A stretch of 64,000 bases of DNA from a virus. The DNA lies in the IMG/VR virus record IMGVR_UViG_3300008113_000183, positions 6,143 to 70,142 of that record; one strand, written 5' to 3'. The translations under genes and the position numbers were made by a program. The notes under the pieces were generated by a model, which was not told the DNA's origin, searched no databases, and worked only from the letters and a program-made list of their open reading frames with translations. Of this stretch, positions 1-12,700 are shown piece after piece. The first letter of the stretch is position 1, and every line of letters begins with the position of its first letter.

Positions 1-1691
1 TTTTCATATTTGCTTTTGGATGTTCCTTGATAACTTCCGTTAAACCAAGCAGTTATTAAATCAAGGAAAGAAGCCCACTCACTAGTTAGAGTTGAAGATA
101 TATATGGAGACCTACTGTCGGAAGAATTACTTAGCACATATGAACTAGAAAAATAATCTTCTGGTTTGATTGCGGCATTGTTGGATACGTAGCCAGGAAG
201 TCCATATGAACCACCGGATATCTCAGTAAAGTCTGTAAAAAACTTTTTTGTTATTCTATATGTTTTTCCATCTCGTCCTTGAGCTTGGAGGCAATAACCC
301 TTAAGTTTTGGTATAGACCTCTGAAGTTTAACATCAATTGAGTTTGTGTTATTTACTTCAGCTTTTAATATGTTTGGAGTATTTACATTTGGAATCAAAA
401 CTTTAGTATCATAAATCTTTGATGACCACGGTATTTCTGGAAAAGATAAATCTTCAACAACTATTGGATCCTCTGGAGAGAATCTCGTTTGTCCGTAGTA
501 TGGATTACCAGCTTTGGTTGTTGAGTCTGGTTCATAGTAAAGGTGCTTAATCTTTACATCTGTAGCTTCTGATTGTTCAAATGTAATCTTTATTTTTTTA
601 ACATTTCTTTCTTGAAATCTTACTTTAGCTTCTCTGTAATAAAAGTACTTTGCTTTCTCTAAAGAAGATGGGATAAAGCTTGAGCTAATCCATATTGGAT
701 TAGGTATAATGTTTTCAACTACATCTTTTTCATCGGTAACTTCTATTTTTGTAACCATAACATCTTTTGTTAATGAATTTCCACTACCAAAATAAGGAAG
801 TATGTTCACGAAGTTCGCAGGTTGGGCATATTCAGCTTCCATTAACAGCGCTAAAACAAGTTTTGGACCGCCAAACGAAGACCAGTCTTGATACTTTACT
901 CCATTGTCAGTGCCTGCCGAGCTACTATACTTAAATTCAAAATCTTTTGCATTAGCTGGTTTGTTTTTAACATTGATCTGTTCGTATTCAAAAAATGTTG
1001 TTGGATTATTATCCCTGATATTTTCTTTATTTCTAGAAGTTGGAGTATCTTTAAAGAAGTATCTGTAGTCTGAATCAGTTTCGCTTAGTCTGTAAGCTTC
1101 ATGATTATTTCCCGCAAAACCGTTGGACTCTGGTTCTATAAATACATATTTAGTATTCCAGTTTTTTATCTGATTAATAGAAAGAGTCATTTGTCCACTT
1201 TCTATAAGTGGAATAACTGTAGAGTCTTTTATTTTTGAAAAGTCTATATAATCAGAACTATCAAATGAATTTCCAAAATAGTAGAGATCGCTTGATGGTC
1301 CACTTGAGTACATCTGCAAAACTTTTACTTTACTTTTAATTCTGTTAATAAATTTATTCTCTTGTTCAATTTCTGAACTAAAAAGATTAAAAGAGTTTAC
1401 AAGTCCAGCAGAAATATAGTCTAATTGCTTAGATATTGTATTTATATCAATTGAGTAGTTTGCTGTAAAGGTGTTAAACTTTTCAGATATTGGCGGTTCA
1501 CCTTTAATGTATGGAACAAAATCTGTTAGTGGTCCAGAAATTCTTTGATTTAAAAATGATATAAGATTCTGGTATTCTTCAAGAAGTTTTTTATTTGTTG
1601 GAAATTTATTTTCCCTATAATCAATAATAAACTTTGAAACTTTTGAAATTATTTGATCATAAACAACTGTATTTGTAGATAGCTGAGTCAT
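1..1691 (-). CDS. Virion structural protein, baseplate region (partial, runs off the window start); probable paralog of the 886-aa neighbour
   Basis: ATG at 1691 just after the stop of the upstream gene; reads MTQLSTNTVVYDQIISK... and the same frame is still open at the window edge. It is absent from the ORF track because there is no stop. It shares an FSSEI segment and N-terminal layout with 1693..4353. Confidence 0.75.
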   Translation of the reverse strand, partial: MTQLSTNTVVYDQIISKVSKFIIDYRENKFPTNKKLLEEYQNLISFLNQRISGPLTDFVPYIKGEPPISEKFNTFTANYSIDINTISKQLDYISAGLVNSFNLFSSEIEQENKFINRIKSKVKVLQMYSSGPSSDLYYFGNSFDSSDYIDFSKIKDSTVIPLIESGQMTLSINQIKNWNTKYVFIEPESNGFAGNNHEAYRLSETDSDYRYFFKDTPTSRNKENIRDNNPTTFFEYEQINVKNKPANAKDFEFKYSSSAGTDNGVKYQDWSSFGGPKLVLALLMEAEYAQPANFVNILPYFGSGNSLTKDVMVTKIEVTDEKDVVENIIPNPIWISSSFIPSSLEKAKYFYYREAKVRFQERNVKKIKITFEQSEATDVKIKHLYYEPDSTTKAGNPYYGQTRFSPEDPIVVEDLSFPEIPWSSKIYDTKVLIPNVNTPNILKAEVNNTNSIDVKLQRSIPKLKGYCLQAQGRDGKTYRITKKFFTDFTEISGGSYGLPGYVSNNAAIKPEDYFSSSYVLSNSSDSRSPYISSTLTSEWASFLDLITAWFNGSYQGTSKSKYE

Positions 1692-1692
1692 T

Positions 1693-4353
1693 TTAGCCTA
1701 ACCTCAAAAGTTTTTCGGAGAATGGATCAAGATTTTTAACCTTGCACTTAAGAATTACATTGTCAACAGATATGCCATTATAAATGCCTGGGATATTATT
1801 TCTGACAATTAATCTAAATCTTAAAGAAGAAGGAATATAACTATACGTAACTGTCAATTGATTAGAAATTGGTTTATTAAATATTAACTCTTTACCATTT
1901 TGAAAGAATAAATACTGATCCGTATCGTAAAATGATCCTTTTTCAAAGCTATTCTTTGTGTAGTTTGTTAGATTTACTGCAGTCATGCCATTGTCGAGAA
2001 CTACTACTACTGGAGAATAACCAATGTTTTCTGTAGTGTTAATAGTACCATATAAATCATTATATACAGCTGTTCCAAAGTTGTCCTCTATGAAGGGAAC
2101 ATACGACAAGGTAACTTTATTTCCGGAGCTAGTTCCTAAGAACTTTTCTCCCGGAGTACCGCTAGCGGTGTAAACCCTGACGGCAAAACTAGAATTAGAT
2201 AATGAATCTATATCTACTATATTTTGTTTATAATTAATTAAATCCACTTCATATTCTACTACATAAATGGCATTTCTATCTATATTTAAATCATACTTTA
2301 TATAATTTCCAATATTAGAATAAGACCATAGATTTGGATTTTCTAAAAATCCATTTTTATAAACTTTTATTGAAGATTCGTTAGGCATGAATCTTAGCTG
2401 TGCGAGATTTAAATTATCAAAAAACAATACTTCAGAATCTATTTTTCCATCTACCTCGGACATTAAAGGTTCCCAGGAAATTTCTGAATCAATTACATCT
2501 TTCCATGATATAGAAAGTTCATAAGAACCAGCTTCTGATAAATCATAATTAGTAAAAGAAAGATCTCTTCTTTCTTTAACTATATTCACAATACCTTTTA
2601 CTCCAAGGGGAGCTCCATCCATTTCTATTTTTTTTGAGATAAAACAAGCTTTGTTTTCATTTTGAGTATTATTTATACCAAAAGAAATTGCGTTTAAAGA
2701 AAAACTATATTCATATGAATTAGAAATTTCTTTACTTTCAAGATATTTTGTAGCGTCGTCTAAATTTAAACCAGGAGCAAGTGGATCTTGTTTTTGAAAA
2801 TCAAGAGAATATGATTCCTGATCGTTTTTAACTGGTATAAAACCATCTGTTCTAGAAGTTGAAATTAAATTATCGTTTGCGCTGTTCCTTGTGGAGCGAT
2901 ATATTTTAGTGTTAAAAAGATTACTTCTAGAATCTACAACATGTTGAACTATGCTATGAACTATATTTTCTATAGCACTTGAGTTTTTTTCCTCTGTAAG
3001 GTCAGAAATTTTAGCATTGATCTCTTCGTCTGAGTATCCATACATTTTTTCTATAAAACCAAAATCTGAGTATTCCTGAGAAACTGGATATTTATTTGAA
3101 TAATAATCTGAATAAAATTCCGTATTTTTTTTAGAAATATTTCCATTGTATGAACCTTTAAAGTAAAAATAAACTATATCTTGTAAAGTTTGAGACTTAT
3201 TATTTCTATTTTTTTTCTTGCTATTTACAATATCTCTTAATATTTTAGAATTTACTTCTTGTCTTATAGGGGTATTTTCGCTTCTTACATACTTAGATTG
3301 ATTGAATATAAATATTATTTTTTTTACTCTTGACTTTTCAAATACAATGTCAACTGTTTTATTTAACAAAAGTGGTGAATGAAGAACGGGAAAATCTATA
3401 TATTCATCTTGAATTGATGTAGAAGCTATAGACATTACAGGATTTGTTTTAACCAAAACCACTTGAAGTAACTGCAAACCGTTTCCGTCATTTGGAGTTA
3501 CTCTAATGAAGTCCATCTCAACAGGCATAAGGAAAGACACCTCATTTACGGCCTGTGCTCCTTTAATGTAAGATGTGTCGTATGTTACATACTTTGAAAG
3601 TTCTGGCATTGAGGACGTAAGTAAGAATGGAGACTTTATAGTTACAGACCAGTTGTCCTTTTTGCTCTCATTAAACAATTTGTCAAAATTAGTATTTGTT
3701 GTTTCATACTCAGAAAAATTACTAGTTTGTTTTATCTCAGAAATATTTTCAATTGGATTAATAAATGTGGCACCGGTAGATACTGACATTTTACTAAGCG
3801 CTGTATCTATTTTATAGTTGCCGTTTTCAGAAAAGTTTACGCCATCTCTGTCAAATAAATTTATTGTTGAGCTTTCATTAACAAAAGAATTTATATCATT
3901 GTCAAAATTTTCAATATAGTTAAAATTAAAAAGATCATCTTCACCAACTATAAATTGATAATTATCTATAAAGTTCTCTAAGAATAATATATCTTTTTCT
4001 AGTTTATTTATCTCAGAAGAAAATATTGAAACCATAGAATTTAATACATTTGATATAGAAGATGCGGCAGAAAAAAACTGACCCACTCTTAATCCAGAAT
4101 CTCTAAAAAATTCTAAAACAGATTCAACATTCATAGGCGAATAGCTAAGTGCCAAAGCCGGAGTATAGTTAACAGAATTATCAAAGTTCTTTAAGTTTTC
4201 GACGAGAACAGAAATTTGGGTTTTATCACCCTTTATGCTTTGTAAGAGAGATCCTACAGTCCTTCTACTCTGCGAAGAAAAGGTCTCTAAAACTTCAGGA
4301 AGTTGTCGTAACACTACTACCCCAATCCTTTCCTTCCATGTCTTGTAGCTCAA
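1693..4353 (-). CDS. Large virion structural protein (baseplate/wedge region), about 886 aa
   Basis: Long ORF in the baseplate operon with beta-rich composition. The true start may be a GTG slightly downstream (VLRQLPE). Confidence 0.7.
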   Translation of the reverse strand: MSYKTWKERIGVVVLRQLPEVLETFSSQSRRTVGSLLQSIKGDKTQISVLVENLKNFDNSVNYTPALALSYSPMNVESVLEFFRDSGLRVGQFFSAASSISNVLNSMVSIFSSEINKLEKDILFLENFIDNYQFIVGEDDLFNFNYIENFDNDINSFVNESSTINLFDRDGVNFSENGNYKIDTALSKMSVSTGATFINPIENISEIKQTSNFSEYETTNTNFDKLFNESKKDNWSVTIKSPFLLTSSMPELSKYVTYDTSYIKGAQAVNEVSFLMPVEMDFIRVTPNDGNGLQLLQVVLVKTNPVMSIASTSIQDEYIDFPVLHSPLLLNKTVDIVFEKSRVKKIIFIFNQSKYVRSENTPIRQEVNSKILRDIVNSKKKNRNNKSQTLQDIVYFYFKGSYNGNISKKNTEFYSDYYSNKYPVSQEYSDFGFIEKMYGYSDEEINAKISDLTEEKNSSAIENIVHSIVQHVVDSRSNLFNTKIYRSTRNSANDNLISTSRTDGFIPVKNDQESYSLDFQKQDPLAPGLNLDDATKYLESKEISNSYEYSFSLNAISFGINNTQNENKACFISKKIEMDGAPLGVKGIVNIVKERRDLSFTNYDLSEAGSYELSISWKDVIDSEISWEPLMSEVDGKIDSEVLFFDNLNLAQLRFMPNESSIKVYKNGFLENPNLWSYSNIGNYIKYDLNIDRNAIYVVEYEVDLINYKQNIVDIDSLSNSSFAVRVYTASGTPGEKFLGTSSGNKVTLSYVPFIEDNFGTAVYNDLYGTINTTENIGYSPVVVVLDNGMTAVNLTNYTKNSFEKGSFYDTDQYLFFQNGKELIFNKPISNQLTVTYSYIPSSLRFRLIVRNNIPGIYNGISVDNVILKCKVKNLDPFSEKLLRLG

Positions 4354-7300
4354 AAACTACACCAGCTGTAATATTGTTTCTAACAATTGTATATACTTCA
4401 TCTGGATTTGTAAAGTTTTTCTTAACAAGTTTTGGAATTTTAACTACAACATATCCACCCTTTGGATATGCCTCACCCATTGCTGGGTATACGTCCCAAT
4501 ATGAAATAGATTCTTCAATGTCATTAAGAACTTTATTGGTATCAAAACCGGCAGAAATTCCTCCGCCTCTTGTTCTCAGGTCTGTAAAAGAAAAGTTTTC
4601 ATCGGAGAATGTGTTAACTACATAAACGATACCTATCAAAAGGGCAAAAGGATCATACTCTGAAATATCATATTTGTTAAATATATTATTATTATACGTA
4701 AAGTTAACAATTGAACCAGGAGTATATTCTTCCACTACAACATCCTGCATAACAGCTGGATATATTCCGTCAATTGGAGTTGACTTTGATTTATATATTT
4801 CTGTTGGTTTAAGATAAATATACAATGGCTTGTTTATCTTAACTATATCCTTATTCAGGAATGGGTTTAATGGTATTGGTGATCCAGCCGAGTTTCTAAC
4901 CATTACATCGGAAGAAACTGTAGTGTAATTTACTTTTGTAAGTCTTTCGTCAGAAGATATAATTGAAGAGTTAAACTCTACTAAACCAGTTTTACAATTT
5001 ACATTTTTAAAATCATTATATGAAACTTGTTGCCAAGGTGCAGAAGTAGATGATCTTGTGTAAACTTTTATAATTGGCCTAAAATCTGAAGCAAACCTTG
5101 TAAGATCATCTGACTTTTCATGGACTATATGTATTGGTGCATTTCTTACAGAGATAGATTGACCATTATTATAAACCGGACTTTCGTCAACGATATCATA
5201 ATGACCTCTACCAAATACTTTTGACCAACCAACAGCTGCAATATTTGATGTATCATATTTAGCTCTTAATGTTTGTCCAGAGTACTTTCCAAGCCAATCT
5301 TTTGGCCTAGTCATGTCAAGAACAACTGGTTTAACAAACGACCCAGAACTTATAGACAATGGCCAGGGTTCCGTTTTTGTTAACTTTGGTGGAGTTTTCA
5401 TTAATTGAATTTTATTTTTAGGAACAGATGAAACTTTAAAAACTGGATGTGCTGATTTAACTGGAACCTGTGTTGGTTGATACATATCGCCATTGGCAGA
5501 ACCTGTATATTCTCTTTGAGTAGAAAGGTCTCCATCGTAGTCATATGCATAAAGTCCTATGTACAGATTTTGCGGGCCAACTTCTTGATATTTTGTATAT
5601 GTAATATTTTTACCAACAAACTCTTTATTTCTTATGTCATAAAAGCCATACTGAAGGCCCTCTTGACTTGGAAGGGTATTAATTAATTCAATATTTGAAT
5701 AGTATGCATCTAAATTAGAGTTTGCGGAAACAATTTCTGAAGATAGATTTAAAGAAAAAGGTGTTCCATCGGGTTTGCACAACAACGTTACTCCATCGTA
5801 GTAATTAAAAGAATTTTTATTAGGCTTAATTGTTGCGTCCTCTACGCCCCTAACACTATAGCCAGTTACACTTTGTCTTTTAACTGTTGTTGTAGGGGAA
5901 TTGTAAGAAGATAAATTACTCTTTAGTGTTATTGTATTTCCAGTAGTAGTTAAATCTATATTAGAAGAAGAATAAGGAATACTTGTACCCGATTGAACAA
6001 CGGAAGATATAGTTGCCGTTTGCAGTGTTACTGTTCCATCTAAAATAACCGAAAGATCTACTTTCTCTGCTCTATTTACATTGGGCTTATATTCCGTTTG
6101 GTTTAAGCTAACTGACAAACTGGAGTAGGGTAAAAGTTCTGTACTAAAGTCATTTCCATCTATTTTATAAAGAGAAATAGAATTAAGAGTTGCGTTTCTG
6201 AGCAGCTCCGCATTAATAATTTTGGTTTGTTCTGCAAACGATATCGAATTTACTGGAATAGAAAGAGATAGAGTTCCTGTCACCGGCGTTGATTTTGGAG
6301 TATTTACAATTGGAGTTGTGCCGTATTCAGGATCTTTAGCAGGTTCTCCATCTATTTCATTCTTTATTCTATATTTACACTGTATGCCACTTATTGTTAT
6401 GCCCTCTGCCGTTGACCCAAAAGCTCCACCAAGCCTAGATCCTTCCAGTAGAATAGAAACATGCTTACCCTTAGCTTCTTTTCCATTTTCAATAGGAATT
6501 TCAATAAAATCTTTTGCATATTTGCGGATTGTTCCTGCACTTTGGTTTCTAGTAAAGGCGTTCTTTTCTTTGAAGCTATCAGCAACAATAAAGTCTACAA
6601 CTTTAAATCCATTATAAGAAGGTGAGCTAACCTGAGTGCCAAATTCTCCTCCAGAAATTTTTACAGAATCAAATGAATAAATCCACTCATCGTTTGGCAA
6701 TACAAAGCCAACCCATAATCTAATTGCATCTGGGTCATGATCTTTAGATGTACCGCTAAAATTTATAAGTCTAACTGGTTCTCCAGCTTGAAGAGCTAGC
6801 TTTGCACTTTTTGACACTCTTGCTCCATTTAGATATTTATCTATATTTTTATCTTTATAAGTATTAGCATTGACTTTTTTGACATAGTCGTCAAAAGTAT
6901 CTTGGCTCATGTTGGCCCAAACTCTTCCCAGCCACATTTTTGTTTGAGAGTCTACAATTCCGTCTTCTTTAAGCCCTCTATCTTTTTGAAAAGCTTTTAC
7001 CTTTGACGAAGTGCCAGATCCAAAAACTCCATCTATTGTAGTTTTAAATTCATTACCAGCCGCAGTTAATGTTAACTGTATATATTTGATATAAGTAGGG
7101 TTACCTTTACCTTGAAAATATTCATCCCAAGTATTACCCTTGTCTATGTCGTATGTATAGTTAAACGCGTTATAAAAGCTTGATATATCATCAAGCTTTT
7201 TATTAATCAAGGAATAATCTCCAGTTTGAGATGTCTCAAAAATAGTAGGAGTATAAAAATCCGTAGCCCCAGGTACTACTTGCTTAGGCCCTGCTGGCTT

Positions 7301-9782
7301 TCCAGGGGTCTTTTCATATTGTTCACCGCCGCTTGTAAATGTATGATTTTGATTAAATTTTGCTATAGCAGTTATGTTTAAGATTCCATCAAAATTTACT
7401 GGAGTATCAGAACCAGCTGTTAGAGACTGGACAGCTTGTATGTTAACAGAATAGCTTCTTACTGGAACGCTTGGTGCAATTTTTAATTGATTCTTTTTTG
7501 AAGGAACTATTTTATCCTTAATAACATAGGGACCAAATTTTGCCGGAATACTAAACTTAGGTGATTTCTTATTTGTATATGTTTCACAAGCTACATTTTT
7601 ATCCGTTATCTTAACAAGATTATATGATGAAGAAACTTCTTTTTTTTCAGCACTTTCTACTGTGGATGCATTTGTCCATGAAACATTTGGATTAGTATAT
7701 TCGATATATAAAGTAATATTATCGTTATTTTGATCTAGAAATACGCTTGACAAATTGGAAACAATAGAAGAAATTTCTGCTCTGTACAGATCTTTTGGAG
7801 AAGAAATGGTATTTCTTACATATCTTCTTTCTCCAGAAACAATACCATTTTTGTAATATGATATTAACTCGTCCTCAAATAAAGCATCCGTGTCTATAAC
7901 CCAGTCACTATACCACTGACCACTGTAGTAGTGAACGCTTGATCTTAAATCGTATTTAAATCTAGTAGATTCAACTTTATCATTAATTCCTACTGCAACG
8001 CAGTTGTACAAAAACTTATATGGACCTTCAACAAAGTTAGAAAAAGTAGATCCAGAAGAAATTGGGATTGCTGTTTCTCCATTGTTAGCCGTTGATATAG
8101 CGACACTAGATGAATAAATGTCATTACAATACTTTAAGAATCCAGTAGTTGATGCAATGATATTGCTAGCTACTAATCTATCTGTTGTTTTCGTGGTTCT
8201 TAAGAGAACTGCAAATTTTTGAGAATTTCTTTGAAGAACTGATTCTAAACCTGAATTAGAAAAATAATTATATTTTTTATAATCGTTACTTACATCTTTT
8301 GCATAACCATAAATTCCACAATCTGTAGCAAATTCATTAGTAGTTATTGAAAAAGCATTGTTTTTGGCGGAATTTAAAAGTAAACTTGTTGAATTATATG
8401 TGTTTGGGGCAGTTGTCGGATTAGTATTTATGTCAGCTCCAGCAACAGTAAATGCTGGATTTAGACTTAATAATGCGTTTGTTCCTGCGCCAAATGTGTC
8501 GACAATAAAAGTGCCAGAATTATTTAAGAATGAATTAATTTTTCCCGCTTGAGGCTCAGTTAGAGTCCAATGAAGTGAGCATGCGATAACATCATACTGT
8601 CTAATTTGTTCATCGGTAACATTATCAATGTCTACCATCCAATAATTAGCTCTATTTTTTTCCGTTATTGTTGCGTTTGGATTTTCAAAAGTAAAATTAG
8701 CTAAGTTAAAAACTGAATTTTGTAGATTCAAAAAAACGTATGGATTGATATTATTGAGATTCCTAGTCACTTCGCTAGAATATAAAACAGCAGCTTTTAT
8801 TGTTTTTGTTTGAATATTTTGAGTAGTAAATTCTCTTCCGTAGTTTACTTCAGAGAAATCAACTGAGTTTTGAACCCTGGCAACAACTCTCCAGTTAAAG
8901 ACTTCAAAAATCCTATTGTCGTCAATAGCTTTTTTATTTACGTAAACAACGTTATCCTCTGATCCAATTGCTTTATTGTTAATTGATTTTGTTTTTGTAT
9001 TTCTTTTTACAGAATAAGTTTTGTCAAAAAGATTTGATGGATCTACAACCTCTGCTTCTTCTTGTATTTTTTTAAAAAGTGGCAATGGATTTATTGATTC
9101 AGAGTATTTTAATATTTGATTAGACCATAAACCATTTTCATCTACTTCCACTTTATCGTAAACAAGAAATAAATTTTTTGGATACGCATCTTCTATAAAA
9201 ATTATAACTTTATGCGGTATATCATTTTGTGTAGAATTTTCATTTGTAATAAATGATTCAAAAGAAATTCTATATTTTAATCTACCAGTTTGTAAATCTG
9301 AATATGAATTACCATTTTCGTCAATAAGTTTTATATTATTTGGTACAAATCTATCTTCAACAAAATAATTTAAACCACTTGCTATATGCATGCCTGTTCT
9401 TAGCAATGTAAAATGATTACTTATATAATAATTCATTGCATATGGTTTACTTTTTAAAGCTTCTTTTTCGTAGTTTTGCATTACAACTTCTTCATTTAAG
9501 AATACATCACTAACAAGAATATTATCGGAAGATACATACGGATTGCCCAATTCATCTTCAAGCATTCCTAGTTCATTAGCGAACATCAATTTATTAAACG
9601 AAGAAGCTTCATTAATATTCTCTGATATCGTAGAAGAAAGGTCTACAAAAGCAAGGTTGTTTTCTGGCGTAATTTCTTTTGAGGAAAACCATCCGTAAAT
9701 TAATTGAATCACGTGGTATAAAATTACCAGTTTTTACAGCTGGTTCTTTCAGAGATTCTGTTTTGTCAACAAAATTCTTCAT
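4295..9782 (-). CDS. Baseplate wedge-like protein with an internal peptidoglycan-binding domain, about 1828 aa; +1 frameshift at 9695
   Basis: ATG at 9782 abuts the upstream TAA (TAAATG) and reads MKNFVDK...DSINL, then C-GGA-TGG joins the 1805-aa ORF (GWFSSKEITP). PG_binding_1-like motif IKYIQLTL...IDGVFGSGTSSKVKAFQKDRGLKEDGIVDSQT at about 6940-7095. Confidence 0.75.
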
Positions 9783-12700
9783 TTAATCTTCCTCATAATC
9801 TTTCATTAAGCTCTCATAGCTGTTTACATGCATTGGTGTAGAACCAAGTAGTCCCATCATATATTGATCATATCTATTAATTGGATACCACTTTGGAGGA
9901 AGCCAATCTGGAGTTGCCGTATATGGGGTAGCGTAGTTTCCATCGAAGTATTGAACCGTAAACGATGGAGTAGAATACATATCTGTTCTATTTATATATA
10001 GTAAATTAGGATCGTAGAATACTGAATCTCCGTACGCATAATTTAAATTGTCATATTTTTCGCTCCAGAATACAATATCTCCAGCTATATTTACTGGATT
10101 TATATTAACTGTAGCTGCAGCTTCTGATTCTACTGCAACAAACCACAATCCAGGACTATCTTTTTCTTGAGCCGTAAATGGACCTATTTCAAAGTTTCCA
10201 TATTCATCAGTTCTTACATAAGAAGAATATGGGGTTGCATCGAATATATCTTGAAGAGTTCTTCCTTTTCTCCAGTAAATTACTTTATTTACTTCAGCAG
10301 AAGAATCTTTTCTTAAAAATCCTCTGATATTATTATTTGAAACACCATCCGCAGAGATAACATTATTATCAACAATTGCTTTTAGTAGATAGTTATTGTC
10401 GTACTGGCTTAATATATCAAAGGTAAGTGTTTTTGAAAAACCTTGAGTTTGGGAATTTTCGTGTGCATTAATAGAACCATTAGCAACGCCCGATACCGAC
10501 AAGGAACTAGAGACGCCACTAATTGGAGTTGCACTTGCAAAGTAAACTCTTGCACTAGCGAAGCCATTAATGTCAGTATTGTAGTATTCTTGTTCAGAAG
10601 CTACATGTTGACCAGTGATAGTAAATGTTTGATAAGGCTTTGAGTTGCCATTTATATCAAGTGACTTTATCGTTATGACCATAAAATCATCAAGACTATC
10701 GACCACATAAGATGGATTTAGTTTCACTTCTGCGTCTGCAAAAGAGTAATCAGTGTGACTCAAGTAAACAAAACCTTCTTGATCCCAAAGCTCCATAGGG
10801 TCAACATTCAATGATATTGGCGTTGCATGGGATATTATTGACTTTTCATATGTTATGTCATAGGAATAAAGTGAAGATGGCGTTGAGTCAAATCTAATTT
10901 CCGTAACATATTGACTATTATTTGCATCATAATAATCGTTATCAACTACATAAGAGTCTCTTACTCTATAGGAAACATAATACTCCCTACCATTAACCGC
11001 AGGGGTTGCAGAGTCAAAAACCTCTATTTCGTTTGTTAAACTACTTCCATTTTCCATTAAAACGTAACCTGTTACTGAATCAATAACTTCAACATTATAA
11101 ACATTCTCATACCCAAGGTAAAGATTATTAGATCTATTTGCTTTTATAGTTTCTTCATTTATTAAAGAAACGTACGTAGGCGATGCTGCATCATAGAATG
11201 CCACTTCTCTTAAGGTAGCTGGTGTAGCTGAGTTTCTTTCTACAATAATGGGAGCACCCTGTCTTGCGGTATAAGTGAGGTTAACGTAAAAGCCCGGAGT
11301 TGCAAAAGTCTCCATTATTGGAGAAGAATAAATATAATAATCTTCACCGCCTTGATGGTACCAACCAACGTTTAAGTACGAACTATATATTCCTTCAAAT
11401 TCTGCAACAACGTCAACTGGAGATAGAGTTCCCTCTTCGTATTCTAAAATAGAAGAATTTGCATAAATAACATCATCTTCAGCTAGTGTTACGAATTGTT
11501 GTGAAGGGGTTAGTATGACTCCATCTGTATCATTAATAACTTCAATTTTTTCAATCCAATCAGTTGCATAATTTAAACCAAATGTATCGTAGGTAAGATC
11601 ATAGGTTGCAACAAAGTTTGAATTAAGGCTAAAGTTGTCATCAGAGTTTTCTGACGAACTCCTAATAATTCCTCTTTTATTCATTGAGCCAGAAATCATT
11701 GGCGTTGATTGAGAACTAAATGCTTCCCAGGAATCTCTTTTAAATGGATAAATTGGAGTAGCAGAATTATCTGTTTTTATATTAATAATACTTGGCGTTG
11801 AACCATATGGATATTTTAATTCTTTAAAATAATAATTATAAGTTGCGCCATCATTATTAATATAACCAGCGTGATCTGTTGGTGTTGCAAAATTAGGGTT
11901 AATGTATTGCGCTATTATATTTGGCGAAGCTGGGACAAATTTTAGCGCATCCAAATCAGCAGAAATTCCACCATAACCTTCATAACTAGGGTCGATGTAT
12001 ATATCCTTTATTTCTTCATAACCAGAAGGTTTAATGTTATCGATATGAATATACACTGGAGTTGAACCAGGTGGGAATATTAATGTGTTCTGAATAAAGT
12101 CTTTATCTATAAGAACATTCTTAGTGTACGATATTTCGTTGTCATAATTAAGAATAAAAAATCCATCTAATTTTGGAGTAGTTTGAAATGTTCCTCTCTT
12201 CAAAGTGTACTTATTAGAAGAAACTTTAATATTAGCTCCACCATTAATAAATCTAGCATTTAATAAACTTATTGGACTTCCTATACTTGAAGAATATGGG
12301 GTAGCTCCAGTAAAGGAAATATTAAAGCTATCAGAACCAGATGTCGGCGTTGCTGATGCTTTATTTGCATAAAAGAAATTGGCTCTTGAATTTACAGGAG
12401 TTACAGAAGTATCAGAATACGCTGCGTTAGTAGCAAGGTCTTTAAATATATAATTAGGATATGCATATCCGTCTTGGTCAAAGATTGGAACAACTTCATA
12501 TTCTGGACTGGCTGGATGACCTGGTCCATAAGAGTTATTTGGATAATGACTAACGTCTACGTAAAAAGTTCTAGCGCTGGTATAAGAGCCGTGAACTGGC
12601 ATTTCCAATAGATATCTAAAGTTAACAGTTGCTGGACTATTTTCGTAGTAACTTTGTGTATAAGTTCCATAATAATTATAATCAACAAACACAGGAGCGT

